A stretch of DNA of 62,238 bases, the filler included, from a candidate division TA06 bacterium SM23_40 (GTDB lineage Bacteria; LJUI01; SM1-40), in the NCBI GenBank assembly GCA_001303705.1. It is 6 parts of 6 records of this genome, joined end to end, with 100 filler letters (N's around TTAATTAATTAA, not from the genome) between each part and the next. Parts side by side here need not be neighbours in the genome. Positions count along the whole stretch, not along the records: positions 56,821 to 62,238 come from LJUI01000165.1; 5 more parts are not named here. One strand, 5' to 3'. The notes under the pieces were generated by a model. It had not been told where the DNA came from and did not search any database. It saw nothing but the letters and a program-made list of their open reading frames with translations. The position numbers and the translations under genes are program-made. Positions 59,566 to 62,238 of the stretch are shown here, in pieces; position 1 is the first letter of the stretch; the number at the start of each line of letters is the position of its first letter.

Positions 59566-61911
59566 CTATTCGAGATAGAGAGTGTTTCTGGCTTTTCCTT
59601 CTCCGGACGGAATCCCGTATCGTCTGATCTTGTTAGACAGCCCTTGACGCGTCAACCCAAGCATGTCTGCTGCCCTTTTTTTGTTCCCTCCGGTCCGTCT
59701 CAGTGCTTCACAGATGTAATTCCGCTCGATCCTCTCGATCACTGGCCGCAGGTGAAGAGACCGAAGAACACGTCCCTTACCACCTAGAGTCACGGCGTTG
59801 CGAATGCGGGCAGAAAGATGATGGGCTTTTATCACTTTCTCCGGCCTCACGAGAATGCCGAGCCGCATGATCTCATGCTCCAGTTCCCTCACATTGCCAG
59901 GCCAGTCGTACGAATCCAGGACTCGCATCGCCTCGGCACTCACGGCGCACGAGTCACCGCCCCGTCTCTTCGACTCCCTCTTGAGGAAGTAGTCGACGAG
60001 CAACGGAACATCTCCGACACGATCACGCAGGGCAGGGATGCCCAGAGACAGACCGTTCAGCCGGAAGTATAGGTCGCGCCGAAACCGACCTTTCTCCACA
60101 AGAGCCGCCAGATCCTCGTTGGTCGCCGCGATCACCCTGACATCAACTGAACGAGATCGCGAGTCACCCACCCTCCGCACCTCGTTCCCCTCGAGGAACC
60201 TGAGCAGCCTCGTCTGCAGGCGCGGACTAGCACTCTCAATCTGATCAAGAAATGCAACTCCTCCATCCGCCTCCTCCAACAGCCCTCTCCTATCCTCGCG
60301 CGCATCAGTGAACGCCCCTCGCCGGTGACCAAACAGCTCACTCTCAGCCAGAGTGTCTGAGATCGCACCACAGTCGACGGCAACGAACCGCCCATTTCTC
60401 CGCGCGGAGTAGTTGTAAATGACCCTCGCAACAAGTTCCTTGCCGGTTCCGTTCTCTCCGACGAGCAGGATCGGCACGTCTTCTCCTATAACACGAGCAA
60501 GCATCGCATAGAGGTCTCTCATCGCAGGGCTATCACCGATGAGCCCGTCGTAGGAGGGCACCTCTCGGCGCTCTAGCGAACCCTCGGGTGCCGGGGGAAT
60601 CGTCACGTCATAGCACGTGTGCCCCGATTCTCTCGACATGGCCTGATCGATCGCAAGTGCCGACACACTCGCAAGCCCTGAGAGGATCGCGACATCGTCA
60701 TCGTCCCATCCTTCGCGAGCCACGACTTCCATCCAGCCAGCAGGTGACCGAGGAAAAATCGGTTCGCTCCTGATGCGTTCGGTCGCCCTGCCCTTGACGC
60801 CAATGACCCCGACGAGCTCATCCCTCACAACAAGGGGAACGGCGAGAATGGCGTCGATCCCTGACTCCGCTCTGCGCGCCGCGTCCGGCTCCCTCCGCGA
60901 TACGCCATCGGGGGACAGTACGGAGACTGCTCGGCGCCGCCGCGTGGCCTGTTGGACTGCTCGCGCAAATGGCTCTCGCGACAGCGCCTCTTGCGATACT
61001 GCCCCACTCGTCTCAGTCCGGACGACAGCACCATCGCGCACGAGACAGACAAACGACGCATCCCCCTGCATGACCCGCCGTGCAGCATCAGAGATCCGGC
61101 GAAGCAGATTGCCCGAATTCGCATCCGAGCCTATCTCATTCGTGAATTCAAACATTGCCTCAATCCGCTTGGACCGCCGCATTCGCCACCGGAGGTGCGT
61201 GATGTCAGCGGACTGCTTGAAGTACAGCTGCCCGAAGGCAAGTGGCGCAGCGACCACCGCGAGCCCACCCAGACCGAAGTAGAGATAGAGCGCGGCGGCG
61301 ATCACGCCCAGAGGCGCCAGACCGAAGAACGCAATACTCGGCCATCGCAGATACCCATCTTTCCAAGCCCGCCAAACGCTCAGTCCGCTGGTACCGAGTG
61401 CTACAGCTGAGCTCACGAGGAGTGTATCGATCAGAAAGTAGAACAGAGGGAGCAGGGTCAGGCCCCCAGCAAAGAACCGGGCCCCGATTCTTCCCACCTC
61501 TCCAGCAACAGCGACATACAACAGGCCGGACAACGCCGTAGCCAGGGTCACTCGACCCATATTGAAAAGCGAATCAGAGATCCATCCGCCACGCCGGCAC
61601 GAGGCAAGACCGAAAATGAATTCCGCAAATGCTACGAGTACAGAGGCAGCGAACGGTCCAAGAACGAGGACGCTGCCTACCGCAACCGCGAACGTTCTCG
61701 ACCAGGGAAGCGCAACATCTGTGAGTGCTAGCCAGATCCCGCATAGAACTGCTGATAATCCCCATCCAATGAGTGAGCCAACACTGTTGACCTCCTCGCT
61801 CGGCATCCCCACCAATAGCAGACATCCCATCCCGAACACGAGCACCGGCCAAGCCCGGCGCAGGACAGCAGCATGCCGCGCCTGGGCGGCCACCTTCCAT
61901 CGCATCGACAC
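59566..61911 (-). CDS. Membrane-anchored sigma-54 enhancer-binding protein (multi-TM sensor, GAF, AAA+, Fis HTH)
   Basis: About 6-7 TM segments, GAF (ILAVPLV..ELVGVI), GENGTGKE, GAFTDA, FLDQI, FRRDLYFRL, WPGNVREL, HTH. Confidence 0.88.
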   Translation of the reverse strand: MSMRWKVAAQARHAAVLRRAWPVLVFGMGCLLLVGMPSEEVNSVGSLIGWGLSAVLCGIWLALTDVALPWSRTFAVAVGSVLVLGPFAASVLVAFAEFIFGLASCRRGGWISDSLFNMGRVTLATALSGLLYVAVAGEVGRIGARFFAGGLTLLPLFYFLIDTLLVSSAVALGTSGLSVWRAWKDGYLRWPSIAFFGLAPLGVIAAALYLYFGLGGLAVVAAPLAFGQLYFKQSADITHLRWRMRRSKRIEAMFEFTNEIGSDANSGNLLRRISDAARRVMQGDASFVCLVRDGAVVRTETSGAVSQEALSREPFARAVQQATRRRRAVSVLSPDGVSRREPDAARRAESGIDAILAVPLVVRDELVGVIGVKGRATERIRSEPIFPRSPAGWMEVVAREGWDDDDVAILSGLASVSALAIDQAMSRESGHTCYDVTIPPAPEGSLERREVPSYDGLIGDSPAMRDLYAMLARVIGEDVPILLVGENGTGKELVARVIYNYSARRNGRFVAVDCGAISDTLAESELFGHRRGAFTDAREDRRGLLEEADGGVAFLDQIESASPRLQTRLLRFLEGNEVRRVGDSRSRSVDVRVIAATNEDLAALVEKGRFRRDLYFRLNGLSLGIPALRDRVGDVPLLVDYFLKRESKRRGGDSCAVSAEAMRVLDSYDWPGNVRELEHEIMRLGILVRPEKVIKAHHLSARIRNAVTLGGKGRVLRSLHLRPVIERIERNYICEALRRTGGNKKRAADMLGLTRQGLSNKIRRYGIPSGEGKARNTLYLE

Positions 61912-62097
61912 CTCCTCACGCTACCCCTCGTGCCGAACGACAGGATTTCCCGCTCCCGGGCGAATGACCGTGAACTTGGAACTACGCCACACAGACCGAT
62001 ACCGGCTGTCTAAACCACTAGCTATCAGATTGGGGATGCGTCTCAGCCCTCTTCCCGGGGGATCTCAACAGAGATGAGAGGGAACGAGAGTCCCCAC

Positions 62098-62146
62098 GCT
62101 CCGGCTGACGACTGTAAGCGGGCGGGGGCTGTCTCGTCAGCGGAGC
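62098..62146. other. Stem-loop in the region upstream of the membrane EBP
   Basis: gctccggctgacga pairs with tcgtcagcggagc (13 bp, one bulge). Confidence 0.4.
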
Positions 62147-62238
62147 CTGAGGAGCCTACTCATTGCCAAATGCGAGGAGTTGGACCACCCCTGACTCAGT
62201 TCGTGTCGGGCCGATCTACACAGACTGTGCACCTGAAG

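Overview
GC-rich bacterial draft (MAG-like) sequence made of six contig pieces joined by 100-nt N/TTAATTAATTAA/N linkers (20978-21077, 26602-26701, 45610-45709, 51183-51282, 56721-56820), so adjacency across the linkers means nothing. The gene repertoire (two GWxTD proteins, TolC, secreted proteins ending in FlgD-Ig, several sigma-54 activators) suggests an FCB-group candidate-phylum diderm; that is inference only. Housekeeping content: dapA-dapB-dapL-lysC-asd, hsp20-lon, tldD-pmbA, and rarA(partial)-rny-ymdB-folD-xseA-xseB-ispA(partial), plus transporters and cell-envelope enzymes. Most notable: (1) a seamless Fpg/MutM glycosylase to PLP class-V lyase fusion coupled to a nitroreductase; (2) a tandem array of secreted beta-helix/Ig/FlgD paralogs, each followed by clusters of a degenerate ~25-nt repeat (GGGACGTTGGTAGGTTCNGAAGGTT) that also occurs once near dapA; (3) an unannotated 20-codon leader ORF with two hairpins and alternative pairing upstream of an ABC exporter; (4) a signalling-like locus with a membrane GAF sigma-54 activator carrying a Walker B E>Q change, a stand-alone CHAT-like protein, a small secreted protein and a TPR protein. 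No rRNA, tRNA, CRISPR array or transposase was recognised. All calls come from reading motifs by eye; no searches were run.
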